In this document: in pieces, positions 1 through 8,838 of the stretch
Position numbering within the stretch: position 1 is the first letter of the stretch
Layout: every line of letters starts with the position of its first letter
Assembly: GCA_021107435.1 (NCBI GenBank)
Contig: JAIOSV010000089.1
Coordinates: 39,388 to 103,387 of the forward strand
Reading direction: 5' to 3'
Origin: Candidatus Sabulitectum sp.
GTDB taxonomy: Bacteria; Fermentibacterota; Fermentibacteria; Fermentibacterales; JCC-6
Length of the DNA stretch: 64,000 nucleotides
Program-made: the position numbers and the translations under genes
The notes under the pieces: model-generated
The model's database searches: none
The model's input: the letters and a program-made list of their open reading frames with translations, nothing else
Told to the model about the DNA's origin: nothing

Positions 1-512
1 GTGGTAACTCCGACAAAGGCTGCACTGATGCCGTCTATATCCATGAAGATATATGGCAGTATGGGTGCGGGTATCTCGCCCTCCACTGTTGTGAAGTTTG
101 TACAGATGACCGGAAAGTCAGCCATTTCCGACTTGAGGATGGCATTTTCCGCACCGTGGTCGAAATCATGGTTGCCCAGAGTCATCATATCGTAATCCAT
201 TGAATTCATCCATTCCATCATGAATTCGCCTGAGTTGTAGTTGCCTACAGGAGTTCCCTGCCAGATATCTCCCGCGTCAATAAGAAGGCAGTACTCTCCA
301 CTCTCCAGGCAGTCTTCCCGCACTTGATTGACATAGGTCGCTATCCAGGCACCACCTCCGATTCCCGGTGGGAAATCGGGATTCATAAAGGAAGCCTCTC
401 GGGAAGCAATTCCTCCATGTATATCATTTGTGTGAAGGATGTTCAAATACACAACCTCCGCCTGAGAAAAGGCAGCCAGAAGGAGGAGTACCAGTGCAAT
501 TCTTGTCAGCAT
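1..512 (-). CDS. Secreted 5'-nucleotidase/metallophosphoesterase family protein, N-terminal part (3' end lies beyond the window start)
   Basis: Hand translation of the minus strand from ATG at 512 (not in the supplied ORF track) gives MLTRIALVLLLLAAFSQAEVVYLNILHTNDIHGG...LLIDAGDIWQGTPVGNYNSGEFMMEWMNSMDYDMMTLGNHDFDHGAENA with no stop through position 1. It has a signal peptide plus the LHTNDxHG and GNHDFD metallophosphatase motifs typical of UshA/5'-nucleotidase N-terminal domains. It lies 13 nt downstream of the OMP gene ending at 526. Confidence 0.75.
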   Translation of the reverse strand, partial: MLTRIALVLLLLAAFSQAEVVYLNILHTNDIHGGIASREASFMNPDFPPGIGGGAWIATYVNQVREDCLESGEYCLLIDAGDIWQGTPVGNYNSGEFMMEWMNSMDYDMMTLGNHDFDHGAENAILKSEMADFPVICTNFTTVEGEIPAPILPYIFMDIDGISAAFVGVT

Positions 513-525
513 GATACCGTCCTTT

Positions 526-1698
526 CTAGAATGTCTTCGTCAAACCAAGAGTAAAGGCAGTTCTACTGGATTCCACTACCAGAGAGTCACCCAAAGTAAA
601 TGACGGGAGTCCATCCGCCTGATACTGATCCCATCTCACCGGGGAAAAACTGATTCCGGCATCCAGTGTGAGATCATCCACAGCCCATCCGACACCCGTG
701 GTGATTTTCATTCTGTCAAGTGCACCGGCAAGCAGAGAGCTGTCGTACTCAAAGCCAACTCTGCCGATTATGCCGCCGGGGAGGGTATTCTCCACTCCTG
801 CCCCGAATCCCCATGAATTCCTCATACCGGCATCCACATCCGCGATTTCAACAGACCCGGTGCACGACCACCAGAAATCAGCAACGAAAAGACTCATAAG
901 CCTGTTACCGGGCAGATATCTGAGCCCTGCTCTTACTGTCATGGGAATTGTCAGATCGGTCTCAATCGACTCAATTTTCGTCTTCCAGCTCACCGGCTGC
1001 TCAATTCCAGCTGAAATTGAAACTCTGTTTAAGCTGACAAGCGCAGATCCGCGGACCACAATTCCGGAAATATCGGCGTCAATCTCAGCTTCATAGTCCA
1101 TGGCTGTGGGATCGACATAATCGATCCTGTGATCCATGGATCTGGTTCCTGTTACGAAACTGCCGCCAGCACCAACGGAAAGCATTCCCCACTGTGTCCA
1201 GGCTGCTGAAAGACCAAAATCGTTAAGAATTCCGCTGATGTCCAGCGTTTCCTGCGCGACCTTCACATAGTCGCCGTCATTCATTACCCTGCTGTACTTG
1301 TAAGCAAAGGAGGAAGCTGCTCTCCAGCCAGCCGAGAACGCCAGATCGCCCTGCTTCCACGCAACAGCGGCTCCGCCGGGAAGAGGATGAAAGTTCTGAT
1401 TAAAGCTGTGCTCAGACTCTCCCACCACCCCGCCGAAGCTGTCGTAAACTCTTCTGGTTCTCTTCTCAATATCCAGAGCCACTGCTCCGGTGATTCCCGC
1501 GCTGAAGCCTTCCGGGAGTTGGGAAGCCATGGCCGGATTCTGCAAAGCTGCCTGCGGAGAAACATCCGCGTAAACAGTGTTGCCCATGGCTGCTGCTCCT
1601 GCTGAACCGAGTATCCCCTCGTCTCCAAGCCACATTACCTCCGGCAGGCCGCCGGAGAGGGCCAGAAGGATAATCATTCCACCTGCTGTTATACCCAT
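526..1698 (-). CDS. Outer-membrane beta-barrel protein (hypothetical; possibly PorV/FadL-like)
   Basis: 390-aa ORF with a hydrophobic N-terminus (MGITAGGMIILLALSGG) and Gly/Ser/aromatic-rich alternating composition. It has a C-terminal aromatic residue (…GLTKTF) typical of OM barrels. It is the third gene of a co-directional envelope operon. Confidence 0.5.
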   Translation of the reverse strand: MGITAGGMIILLALSGGLPEVMWLGDEGILGSAGAAAMGNTVYADVSPQAALQNPAMASQLPEGFSAGITGAVALDIEKRTRRVYDSFGGVVGESEHSFNQNFHPLPGGAAVAWKQGDLAFSAGWRAASSFAYKYSRVMNDGDYVKVAQETLDISGILNDFGLSAAWTQWGMLSVGAGGSFVTGTRSMDHRIDYVDPTAMDYEAEIDADISGIVVRGSALVSLNRVSISAGIEQPVSWKTKIESIETDLTIPMTVRAGLRYLPGNRLMSLFVADFWWSCTGSVEIADVDAGMRNSWGFGAGVENTLPGGIIGRVGFEYDSSLLAGALDRMKITTGVGWAVDDLTLDAGISFSPVRWDQYQADGLPSFTLGDSLVVESSRTAFTLGLTKTF

Positions 1699-1710
1699 CA
1701 GTCCTCCTGC

Positions 1711-4143
1711 CTACCAGCGAATATCAAGCTGGCAGCGAATACCGTAATCGATGACATGATCACCGAAATCTGTTACCGTTTCATCCGGATCCCCCTGATA
1801 GTGATACTGATCATCGGGGTCCGGCCTGTAAAATCCGTTATGGGGAAAGAATGTGTCCTTCCTTAAAAACTTGAAACGAAGCTGAAGATTGTCCGAGAGA
1901 GTATTCTTCATGGTGACATAGAACTTTGTTCCGTCTCCATCGAGGAAATCAATCCCGGTATCCTCAAATTCCCACTGGCTCATACCGTTGGTTGTCCAGA
2001 AGGTACTTCCACCGAGAACAGAAAGCTCAGGGCTGAACTCATGCTCCCAGCGCATGGCCAGGAAACCGCCGGACATGTTTCTGTCGTCACCGTAAAGCGG
2101 GTTCGGAGTAAGCTCTACATTTCCATAACGCAACTCCATGCTGAAGTAATCTCCACCAACAGGAAGAGAAAATGTACGGAGGGTAAACTCCTGCGTACGG
2201 GAATTACTGGGCACTATGTCCTTGTGGTTGATTTTGTCCTGGAACTTGTACTTCAACCGGAATCTCACCGGCCACACGGGCCTGTATTCCACTTCGCCCT
2301 GGAACCGGAGGTTCTCTGTGTCGTAAGCCAGGTTCCTCCAGACATCCAGATAAACCTTCGTAAAGGTGACCTGCTGGCTGACTTGAAACCGGGTCTCCAC
2401 ATAAAGACCCTCTTCAGGTTTGGGAACAGGCAGATCCGCAAGCTGGGAAGCCAGTGGATCATTAAGCCTGTAGGACTTTTCAAAAACGGTGTCATCAAAT
2501 CTGTGCTGCTCGGCAAAAGCCCGGTTGTACGGATTCATGAAGTCGAGGGCATAGTTGCGGTAAGAACCGGTTAAATGGAACCAGTTGTTCTGCCAGCTGG
2601 CAGTGGTAATGCTTGCCCAGGCTCCATTGTCCTGTCTGACAGCCTCCACTTCCGCGCTCATGTTTTTGTAAACAGACTGGGCTGAACCGGCGAAGTAACT
2701 CTGTCTGTCACCGGAGGGCATGTGAGCATACTCGGGGCAATCCCAGGTGTATGTGTCATTGGGTATGTCCATTCCCGCGACTGAAGGATTCAAAGAATCA
2801 CTGTACTGTATTCCAAGTACTCCCACGCCAATTGCGGTTCCTACCGGGAGATAGTCTCCCAGATCGTAGAAGGCGTATCCGCCATATGTAGTTTCATTGA
2901 GAACACCACTGTATTCCTCCGGTCTGAACTCTCCCTGATAAAGCACATTGGGTGTACCATCCAGATTTGTAACAGCGTCCCTGGAAGTGAAAGAACCGAA
3001 GGCGTATCCCAGAACCGGCCCTGCAACAATCTGCGTTGCGGCACCGAAAAGCGCGTTCTGTCTGGAGGATGTCAGATCGGGGGTCAGCCCCCATGTTCTG
3101 TATGTGTTTCTGTACATCAGTTCGTCGGAGTTGTCTATTAGAAGTCCCTGGGCGAGTGAAAGCCTGTAGTTACCCGCTATCACCTGTCTGACAAATCCGT
3201 CATTCTGGAAAGAGAAGTAAGCTTTCCCGAGATCGAACCGGTTATTAACCGGCGCATCAAGACCAGCGATTAGATCGCTTCCCGCGATGGAATTTACTCC
3301 ACGGGAAAGTCTGGCGCCTGCCCGGTATCTGTCTCCCGCGCCAACTCTGACCCTGTGGCTGAAACCACTCACATCCCGGGCCTCAAGAAGCTGGGCATAC
3401 TCGGACTGGAGTCTTGTTATAAGCTCGAGACTGTCTATGGAAGTGGAAGAAAGTTCTCTTCCTCCATCAAGAATGTCCGAGATAGCGGATTTCATTTCGG
3501 AGATGTGTCCCGAAAGGTTGTCATCTATCCCGTCCCGCCCTTCATTGTCATCATAGATGAAGCGATATCCGCCGAAGAAATCGGTGGAAGAGTAATCAGG
3601 TTCCCGGGTTGAAATGTAGTCTTTCATATTGCGGTAACCGTAGTAGCGAAGGTATTCCGTGCTTCGAAGTGATGAGACGGATGACACCGGACCAAGAGTT
3701 CTCAGTCTGTTGTCGACCGAAGCCGCGTCGATAAAACTCACCCGGTCAAGGCTGCGAAGATCCCACCAGGAAACCTGATTGATGGGCATGGGTCTGAGAA
3801 GCAGATCCTCCCAGTACTCAACTGCGGCGTCTCCCGGACCATCCTCCTGTGCAAGCCTTTCCATAACATTAAGAATGTCCGATGAGATTTCCGGTTCAGG
3901 AGCAGGCAGAACTATGACATTCTCCCTGAGCCATCCAAGAGTAACAGGTGTGAATCCGGGAAGATCCACCACCTCGTATATGCTCTCCAGGCCTCCCGTG
4001 CCCTGTATGTAGTCATATAGAATCACTGCCTGTCCCGAAGTAAGTCCTTCCAGACCAAGCAGTTCCTCATAAGTGGCAGAGTTCAGATCGAACCCGGGGG
4101 GCACAGCGGCCAGCATTGAAGCAAGCAGCAGGCTAAAAAGCAT
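1711..4143 (-). CDS. Large outer-membrane beta-barrel protein with N-terminal ComEA-type helix-hairpin-helix domain
   Basis: 810-aa protein with signal peptide MLFSLLLASMLAAVPPG. It is followed by FDLNSATYEELLGLEGLTSGQAVILYDYI, which matches the ComEA/HhH_3 consensus (LNxAtxeELxxLpGig.xxAxxIvxyR). The remainder is Y/G/N/R-rich and beta-strand-like and ends in W. The gene overlaps the downstream gene by 10 nt. Confidence 0.55.
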   Translation of the reverse strand: MLFSLLLASMLAAVPPGFDLNSATYEELLGLEGLTSGQAVILYDYIQGTGGLESIYEVVDLPGFTPVTLGWLRENVIVLPAPEPEISSDILNVMERLAQEDGPGDAAVEYWEDLLLRPMPINQVSWWDLRSLDRVSFIDAASVDNRLRTLGPVSSVSSLRSTEYLRYYGYRNMKDYISTREPDYSSTDFFGGYRFIYDDNEGRDGIDDNLSGHISEMKSAISDILDGGRELSSTSIDSLELITRLQSEYAQLLEARDVSGFSHRVRVGAGDRYRAGARLSRGVNSIAGSDLIAGLDAPVNNRFDLGKAYFSFQNDGFVRQVIAGNYRLSLAQGLLIDNSDELMYRNTYRTWGLTPDLTSSRQNALFGAATQIVAGPVLGYAFGSFTSRDAVTNLDGTPNVLYQGEFRPEEYSGVLNETTYGGYAFYDLGDYLPVGTAIGVGVLGIQYSDSLNPSVAGMDIPNDTYTWDCPEYAHMPSGDRQSYFAGSAQSVYKNMSAEVEAVRQDNGAWASITTASWQNNWFHLTGSYRNYALDFMNPYNRAFAEQHRFDDTVFEKSYRLNDPLASQLADLPVPKPEEGLYVETRFQVSQQVTFTKVYLDVWRNLAYDTENLRFQGEVEYRPVWPVRFRLKYKFQDKINHKDIVPSNSRTQEFTLRTFSLPVGGDYFSMELRYGNVELTPNPLYGDDRNMSGGFLAMRWEHEFSPELSVLGGSTFWTTNGMSQWEFEDTGIDFLDGDGTKFYVTMKNTLSDNLQLRFKFLRKDTFFPHNGFYRPDPDDQYHYQGDPDETVTDFGDHVIDYGIRCQLDIRW

Positions 4144-4951
4144 ATGTCACCCCAATTGCGTGAGACAGATTAAGCTCGGGGTGAGTCTGTACTGAGTAGC
4201 AGACTTCAATACCTTCCACCTCAGCAGAGAAACCACCGGTAAGTACCGCAGGGCCGCTCATGGCTCCGGCGTACACAGTGAGAGGTCCAAGAGGAAGGGC
4301 TCCACCGACCCTTACCCTGGTTCCCCTGAAGTCCCTTGAAAGAGCGAATGCTGTAACAAGACCTGCCGCGGGTTCATAGGAAATTCCCGCATCCATCTGT
4401 CTGTGCATGTATTCTTCCGAATTGCCTATTCGAGACTCAAAAGGATTCTTTACAGCAGCGGCAAATGCCCATCTGTCGTACATGGTTACTCTAAATCCCG
4501 CGTTGACAGAAAAAGCCGTGGCACTTCCGTAACTGCTCACACCGTCTTTGATGTCGACTCTGGCAAAAACCGGCTGCAGACCGAACGAGAAATCTCTGGA
4601 AAGCTTTCCCGCAATTGTGGCGGCTATAACCTGCTCATTGTAAAGTTCTCCACCGAACCATCTCGCGCTTCCGGCAAGATTCCAGTTCTCTGTAACAGGA
4701 GCTCCGCCATCAATGCCTGCAGTGGCAAAATCAAAGTTGGTGTAAGGCATCTTCCCGGAAATTGTTACCGAGGGTTGATCCATGGCCGCCACTGACGCGG
4801 GGTTCCACATACTGCCTTCAAGCCCTGCCAGAACCACTCCTGTTCCACCCATGGCCATTGCCGGTATGCCCATCTCAAGTTCCTCAAAAGAGGCTGATGC
4901 AGGCAGAGCAAGTGCGAGAACCAGAAGGGTTGCTGTTATTGTAATTTTCAT
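4133..4951 (-). CDS. Outer-membrane beta-barrel protein (hypothetical; PorP/SprF- or PorQ-like size)
   Basis: 272-aa protein with signal peptide MKITITATLLVLALALPASA and a beta-barrel-like composition. It ends in a C-terminal F (…GVTYAF). It lies 11 nt downstream of the secreted-protein gene. Confidence 0.45.
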   Translation of the reverse strand: MKITITATLLVLALALPASASFEELEMGIPAMAMGGTGVVLAGLEGSMWNPASVAAMDQPSVTISGKMPYTNFDFATAGIDGGAPVTENWNLAGSARWFGGELYNEQVIAATIAGKLSRDFSFGLQPVFARVDIKDGVSSYGSATAFSVNAGFRVTMYDRWAFAAAVKNPFESRIGNSEEYMHRQMDAGISYEPAAGLVTAFALSRDFRGTRVRVGGALPLGPLTVYAGAMSGPAVLTGGFSAEVEGIEVCYSVQTHPELNLSHAIGVTYAF

Positions 4952-4961
4952 GTAATCCCTC

Positions 4962-5969
4962 CTATTCCAGCGGCGCCGCGATAACCACGGTCTCTGTTGT
5001 AGTCAGTCTGTCTCCATTGGGGGATACACCTTCAAGCATCAGCAGGTACTGACCCATGGGCAGATATTCATTCCAGTCATCCCTGCCGTCCCAGTTGAAT
5101 ATGTCACCGGCCGGAGAGTTAATTGCGAGATGCGCGAGATCTCTTCCTGCGCGATCATAGAGAGTAAGATTGAATCGAACTCCCTGGGGGCCACCGTATT
5201 CGATCTGCATTGTCTCACCCATGTCCGGGGCGAAGGGATTGCCTGAAACTTCCAGATGGAAGTAGTTTTCCACAGACGGGTTGAATATGATGATGTCGCT
5301 CTGATACCGTGGAAGCAGTTGATAACCGGAATCATAGGGCTCAGTAGAATCGTACTGCCCGCCTATTCCAATCATGAACAGTCTGGTTCCAACAGCAATG
5401 GCTGAAACATCAATTACGGTCGTTTCATTCACTCTGATTGGAATAACCGTCTGGCCGTTCCACACATCAAAGTTGTACCCGCCTCCGGCACTGGAAGGAG
5501 CTGTGGCCACTGTAACCCACTGTGTAAGATTTTGATTTCCAGCAGCTATGAGCATTCCCTCTATAGCTTCGGAAACCGGCTGATTCCTCACAAGCTGAAC
5601 AGGCGCGGGCATACCTGGATTACCCACATAGCTGTAATCATCAACCGATTCTGGAGATATCTCCGTAAGGCCGTTGTAGACCTTTATCTCGCCTGTAATC
5701 TCCCACTCCTCACCGGGATTCAGATTACCGGGAGCTTCGTAGGCGTAAACATTTATTCCGGCAGTAGAGTCCTGTACATAAAAGCTTACTCCATCTGAGG
5801 AAAACAGTCCAGTTTCACAGGTGGCAATTCCACTGATCGTCACTATCTCACCCAGCAGATCCGGTATTCCATTCCCGTCACTGTCAATCCTTGCCTCGGC
5901 TATGGTGAGAACCTGTGCGCCAGCGAAACAGCACAGCACCATCACCGGCAACAGAACCTTGATCATCAT
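4962..5969 (-). CDS. Secreted protein with OB-fold-like domain and FlgD-Ig/T9SS-type C-terminal domain
   Basis: Start is taken at MMIKVLLPVMVLCCFAGA (signal peptide). It has a DSDGNGIPD Ca-binding-like motif. The segment TISGIATCETG..FYVQDSTAGINVYAY..GEEWEITGEIKVYNGLTEI resembles the OB-fold of extracellular nucleases (YhcR/ExeM type). The C-terminal ~90 aa (…FNLTLYDRAGRDLAHL..WDGRDDWNEYLPMGQYLLML…) resembles a FlgD Ig-like / T9SS C-terminal sorting domain. Confidence 0.5.
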   Translation of the reverse strand: MMIKVLLPVMVLCCFAGAQVLTIAEARIDSDGNGIPDLLGEIVTISGIATCETGLFSSDGVSFYVQDSTAGINVYAYEAPGNLNPGEEWEITGEIKVYNGLTEISPESVDDYSYVGNPGMPAPVQLVRNQPVSEAIEGMLIAAGNQNLTQWVTVATAPSSAGGGYNFDVWNGQTVIPIRVNETTVIDVSAIAVGTRLFMIGIGGQYDSTEPYDSGYQLLPRYQSDIIIFNPSVENYFHLEVSGNPFAPDMGETMQIEYGGPQGVRFNLTLYDRAGRDLAHLAINSPAGDIFNWDGRDDWNEYLPMGQYLLMLEGVSPNGDRLTTTETVVIAAPLE

Positions 5970-5994
5970 TCCTCCCAATCCGGCCCCAGTGACA

Positions 5995-7347
5995 CTAGCG
6001 GCCTGTTCTAATCTCCGCATTAGCCAGATCGGCTGCTCTTGAGAGCGCCTCTTCCGGCATCATTCTTCCGTAAAGTACAATTTCTACCGATTCAGAAAGA
6101 AATGCCCTGCCGTCATACCAGGCTGTGATTTGAGGCTCAAACACCGCATAGTGCAACTGTTCGAGAACAGCCTCCAGGCCGGGGTATTCTTCTATTTTTT
6201 CTATAACTGCCGGATCCTCAAGACTTGAGACACGAGCAGGCAGATAGCCGCTTCCTGCGAACCATCTTGCCTGTATATCCGGTTGAGTAAACCACTTGAT
6301 GAATTCCCATCCGGCTTCCACCACACGGGGATCTTCATTCTCGAAAAGAATCACATTGGTTCCAGCGATATACACTGCCTGTTCACGCCCGGCGGGCAGC
6401 GGCGCTGTTCCTATTGTGAAAGTCGAGAGACCGCTCTCAGCTCTTCTTTCCATGTCACAAATCATGAAAGCCAGGCTGGTTACTGATCCCTGCACCTGCC
6501 CCACCCGACCATTGGCAAAAGCCTTCTGATGATCGTATCCGGAGGTAAGATATGCCGTGGAATCCACATAGAGTAATGCAGTCATGTACTCAAGAGCTTC
6601 AATACCCTGGGGAGAATTGAACGCAGTTTCTGTTGAATCAAAGTTCAAAAGAGATCCGCCCGCCTGAGCAAGAAGACACTCAAAATTCCAAACGGAAGTA
6701 CCGAATGCAGTACCGCTTCTGTCTCCTTCATCAAACAGATCACCGTCATTATTACCGTCATGGGTCAGAATCTGAAGCAGTTCTCTCTGTTCTTCCCATG
6801 TTGCAGCGGGAGAAACTCCCAGGCTGTCGAAAAGCTCTACGTTGTAATAAATCAGTGGCACACTTTTGTTGAATGGGAAAGAGTACACTTTTCCATCAAA
6901 AGTGTTGTTCTCCTGAAAGACAGGGAAGAAATCGTTCCACATTTCATCAGTGTATGAGGGATCCGCATCCATGAGAGAATCAAGAGGAACCAGGGCTCCA
7001 CCACGAATCAGCTGTGCTGTCCAGGTTTCATAGGCCTGGGCCATCCCCGGAGGAGAATCAGCCATGACTCCTGCCATAATCTTCTGACTGAGAGCACTGT
7101 AGTTGCCCATGCACACAGGCACAATCTCAATATCTTCATGCAGCGAGTTGAATTCAGCAATTAAAGTGTCTTCAAGCACATCACCCAGTGGGCCACCCAT
7201 AGCATGCCAGAACACAACCTGTACTGGACCGGATTCAGAATCAGTCTCCCTGCCGCATGCTGCGGCCAGCAGAATTGCCACCAGAATCGCAAACTGATAC
7301 CTCAGAACAGACCCCCTCTGCATAATGAAGATCGAAAATATTAACAC
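5995..7347 (-). CDS. ABC transporter substrate-binding protein (sugar-type, family 1), lipoprotein
   Basis: 450-aa protein with a lipobox (LLAAACG). It has the length and composition of extracellular solute-binding proteins, with conserved W/aromatic-rich motifs throughout. No adjacent permease or ATPase genes are present. Confidence 0.65.
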   Translation of the reverse strand: MLIFSIFIMQRGSVLRYQFAILVAILLAAACGRETDSESGPVQVVFWHAMGGPLGDVLEDTLIAEFNSLHEDIEIVPVCMGNYSALSQKIMAGVMADSPPGMAQAYETWTAQLIRGGALVPLDSLMDADPSYTDEMWNDFFPVFQENNTFDGKVYSFPFNKSVPLIYYNVELFDSLGVSPAATWEEQRELLQILTHDGNNDGDLFDEGDRSGTAFGTSVWNFECLLAQAGGSLLNFDSTETAFNSPQGIEALEYMTALLYVDSTAYLTSGYDHQKAFANGRVGQVQGSVTSLAFMICDMERRAESGLSTFTIGTAPLPAGREQAVYIAGTNVILFENEDPRVVEAGWEFIKWFTQPDIQARWFAGSGYLPARVSSLEDPAVIEKIEEYPGLEAVLEQLHYAVFEPQITAWYDGRAFLSESVEIVLYGRMMPEEALSRAADLANAEIRTGR

Positions 7348-7484
7348 ATAATATATGACTAACCGGTACCGGGTGAAGAGCAGACGAGAAATCAGGCTTC
7401 AGGGGAATTCCCAGCTTGTATATGTTAGTACTGTTAGTGCTGAGGTTATTTGTGGACACGCAATCATTTGAGGAGGTATTGCAA

Positions 7485-7946
7485 ATGAAGAAATTTACTC
7501 TTGCGACTGCTTTTATTCTTGCCGTGGCCTGCGGCGGCGCGGCACCCGATAAGGTTGTGAGTGAATTCATTACAGCATGGAACTTCGGGGAGGGCAGCAA
7601 TGTCGTCAATCTCATGTCAACAAAAGCTCTTGCCGACATGAACGGTACAATAAATATGCTGAAGCTGGCACCCGAGGAAGCTTCCTCTCAACTTGCCAGC
7701 AGGGGTATCATGTTTACTCCTGTGGAGGTCGAGTTTTTGACTCCGGGAGAATTCATGGGCGGAATGCTTCGCAACGTGAACCCCTCCTATGCCCTGCCTG
7801 ACTTCTCCAATGCGGAAATTGGAGAAACAGCAATCGCGGAAGACGGCAATACTGCTGTTGTTAACATCACTGTAGATGGCGAAACCCGGGAAATCCGGCT
7901 TGTTTCAGAGGGCGGCACCTGGAAGATTGATGAAATTCCCGAATGA
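7485..7946 (+). CDS. Small NTF2-like/DUF4878-like lipoprotein, paralog 1 of 4
   Basis: ATG at 7485 follows an AGGAGG RBS at 7471-7476. The protein starts MKKFTLATAFILAVAC (lipobox) and shares the motifs PDKVV..F..A, N.TAG and a C-terminal E(I/L)..V.EGG.WKID with the three following genes. Confidence 0.7.
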   Translation: MKKFTLATAFILAVACGGAAPDKVVSEFITAWNFGEGSNVVNLMSTKALADMNGTINMLKLAPEEASSQLASRGIMFTPVEVEFLTPGEFMGGMLRNVNPSYALPDFSNAEIGETAIAEDGNTAVVNITVDGETREIRLVSEGGTWKIDEIPE

Positions 7947-7995
7947 AATGAAAAGCACAAATTTCCTTCTTCTGGAATCGCGAGAACAAGCACAC

Positions 7996-8023
7996 TTGCA
8001 TCATTATCGTGAAAGGCTATAAT
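7996..8023 (+). promoter_or_regulatory. Sigma70-like promoter for lipoprotein paralog 2 (TTGCAT-N16-TATAAT)
   Basis: TTGCAT at 7996-8001 is followed by a 16-nt spacer and TATAAT at 8018-8023. The start codon is ~100 nt downstream at 8129. Confidence 0.5.
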
Positions 8024-8128
8024 TTACTTGTGAGGTTAATGCTATGGGTATTGCTGGGCGTTAATCAAAAATAATGTTGCGTATTAAGTAATCCATTCTG
8101 AATAACAATTTTAGGGAGGAATTTACCA

Positions 8129-8599
8129 ATGAAAAAGTTTGCTCTTGCTCTTGTGGCGGTTTTTGTTCTTTCAGCCGCCTGCGGAGGTGGCGGAACACCA
8201 GATCAGGTTGTGAAGAAGCTTTTTGAGGCGTTTGAGAATGCCGATGGCGACGCTGTTGTGGCCTGCTTGTCAGAAGAAGCTCTTGAAGACATGAATGAGA
8301 ACGTAGAGGAACTGAGGGAATCGCCTGAAGAAAGTGTCGCTTTCTTCGCCATGATGAACATTGAGATTACAGAAGATGAAATTGAGAACATGACAGCGGG
8401 AGACCTTGTATCCGCAATCCTCGGCAGTGAGGTGTTCACTGAAGAAATGCCTGATTTCAGCAATGTTGAGATTGGCGAAGCCATCATCGACGAAGAAGAC
8501 GCGAAAGTGCTTGTAACCATCGACGGTGATACTGAAGAGTTTGAGCTTGTCCTTGAAGACGGCAACTGGAAAATCGATGACGGAATGAATTTCATGTAA
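8129..8599 (+). CDS. Small NTF2-like/DUF4878-like lipoprotein, paralog 2 of 4
   Basis: RBS GGGAGG precedes the start. The protein starts MKKFALALVAVFVLSAACGGGG (lipobox). It is D/E-rich and has the conserved C-terminal FELVLEDGNWKIDD. Confidence 0.75.
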   Translation: MKKFALALVAVFVLSAACGGGGTPDQVVKKLFEAFENADGDAVVACLSEEALEDMNENVEELRESPEESVAFFAMMNIEITEDEIENMTAGDLVSAILGSEVFTEEMPDFSNVEIGEAIIDEEDAKVLVTIDGDTEEFELVLEDGNWKIDDGMNFM

Positions 8600-8616
8600 T
8601 TACTTTTCTTCTTTCG

Positions 8617-8642
8617 GGCGTCCTTCGGGGCGCCTTTCTTTT
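8617..8642 (+). terminator. Rho-independent terminator after paralog 2
   Basis: 7-bp GC-rich stem GGCGUCC/GGGCGCC (one G-U pair) with a UUCG tetraloop. It is followed by a TTTCTTTT run. Confidence 0.6.
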
Positions 8643-8706
8643 GTGCCAAATACAGTTTGCCCCGTCTGAAATACGATTCCTTTCGACGCCTGCGAAATGA
8701 ACACAT

Positions 8707-8734
8707 TTGCATCAGAGTTACAAATGGCTATAAT
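8707..8734 (+). promoter_or_regulatory. Sigma70-like promoter for lipoprotein paralog 3 (TTGCAT-N16-TATAAT)
   Basis: TTGCAT at 8707-8712 is followed by a 16-nt spacer and TATAAT at 8729-8734. The hexamers and spacing are the same as in the paralog-2 promoter. Confidence 0.5.
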
Positions 8735-8838
8735 CGGCCAACGATTCTGTTTTCTCGGTTATCAGCAAAATGTTGTTCGGCGGAGAGGTGATGTTTGCTT
8801 TTCTGTACTTGACAGCACCAATCAGGAGGGGTTTTCAA

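Noticed and set aside
1-554. Plus-strand track ORFs 1..195 and 324..554
   Set aside because: Both are antisense to the well-supported minus-strand 5'-nucleotidase gene (1..512). They have no RBS, motif or domain.
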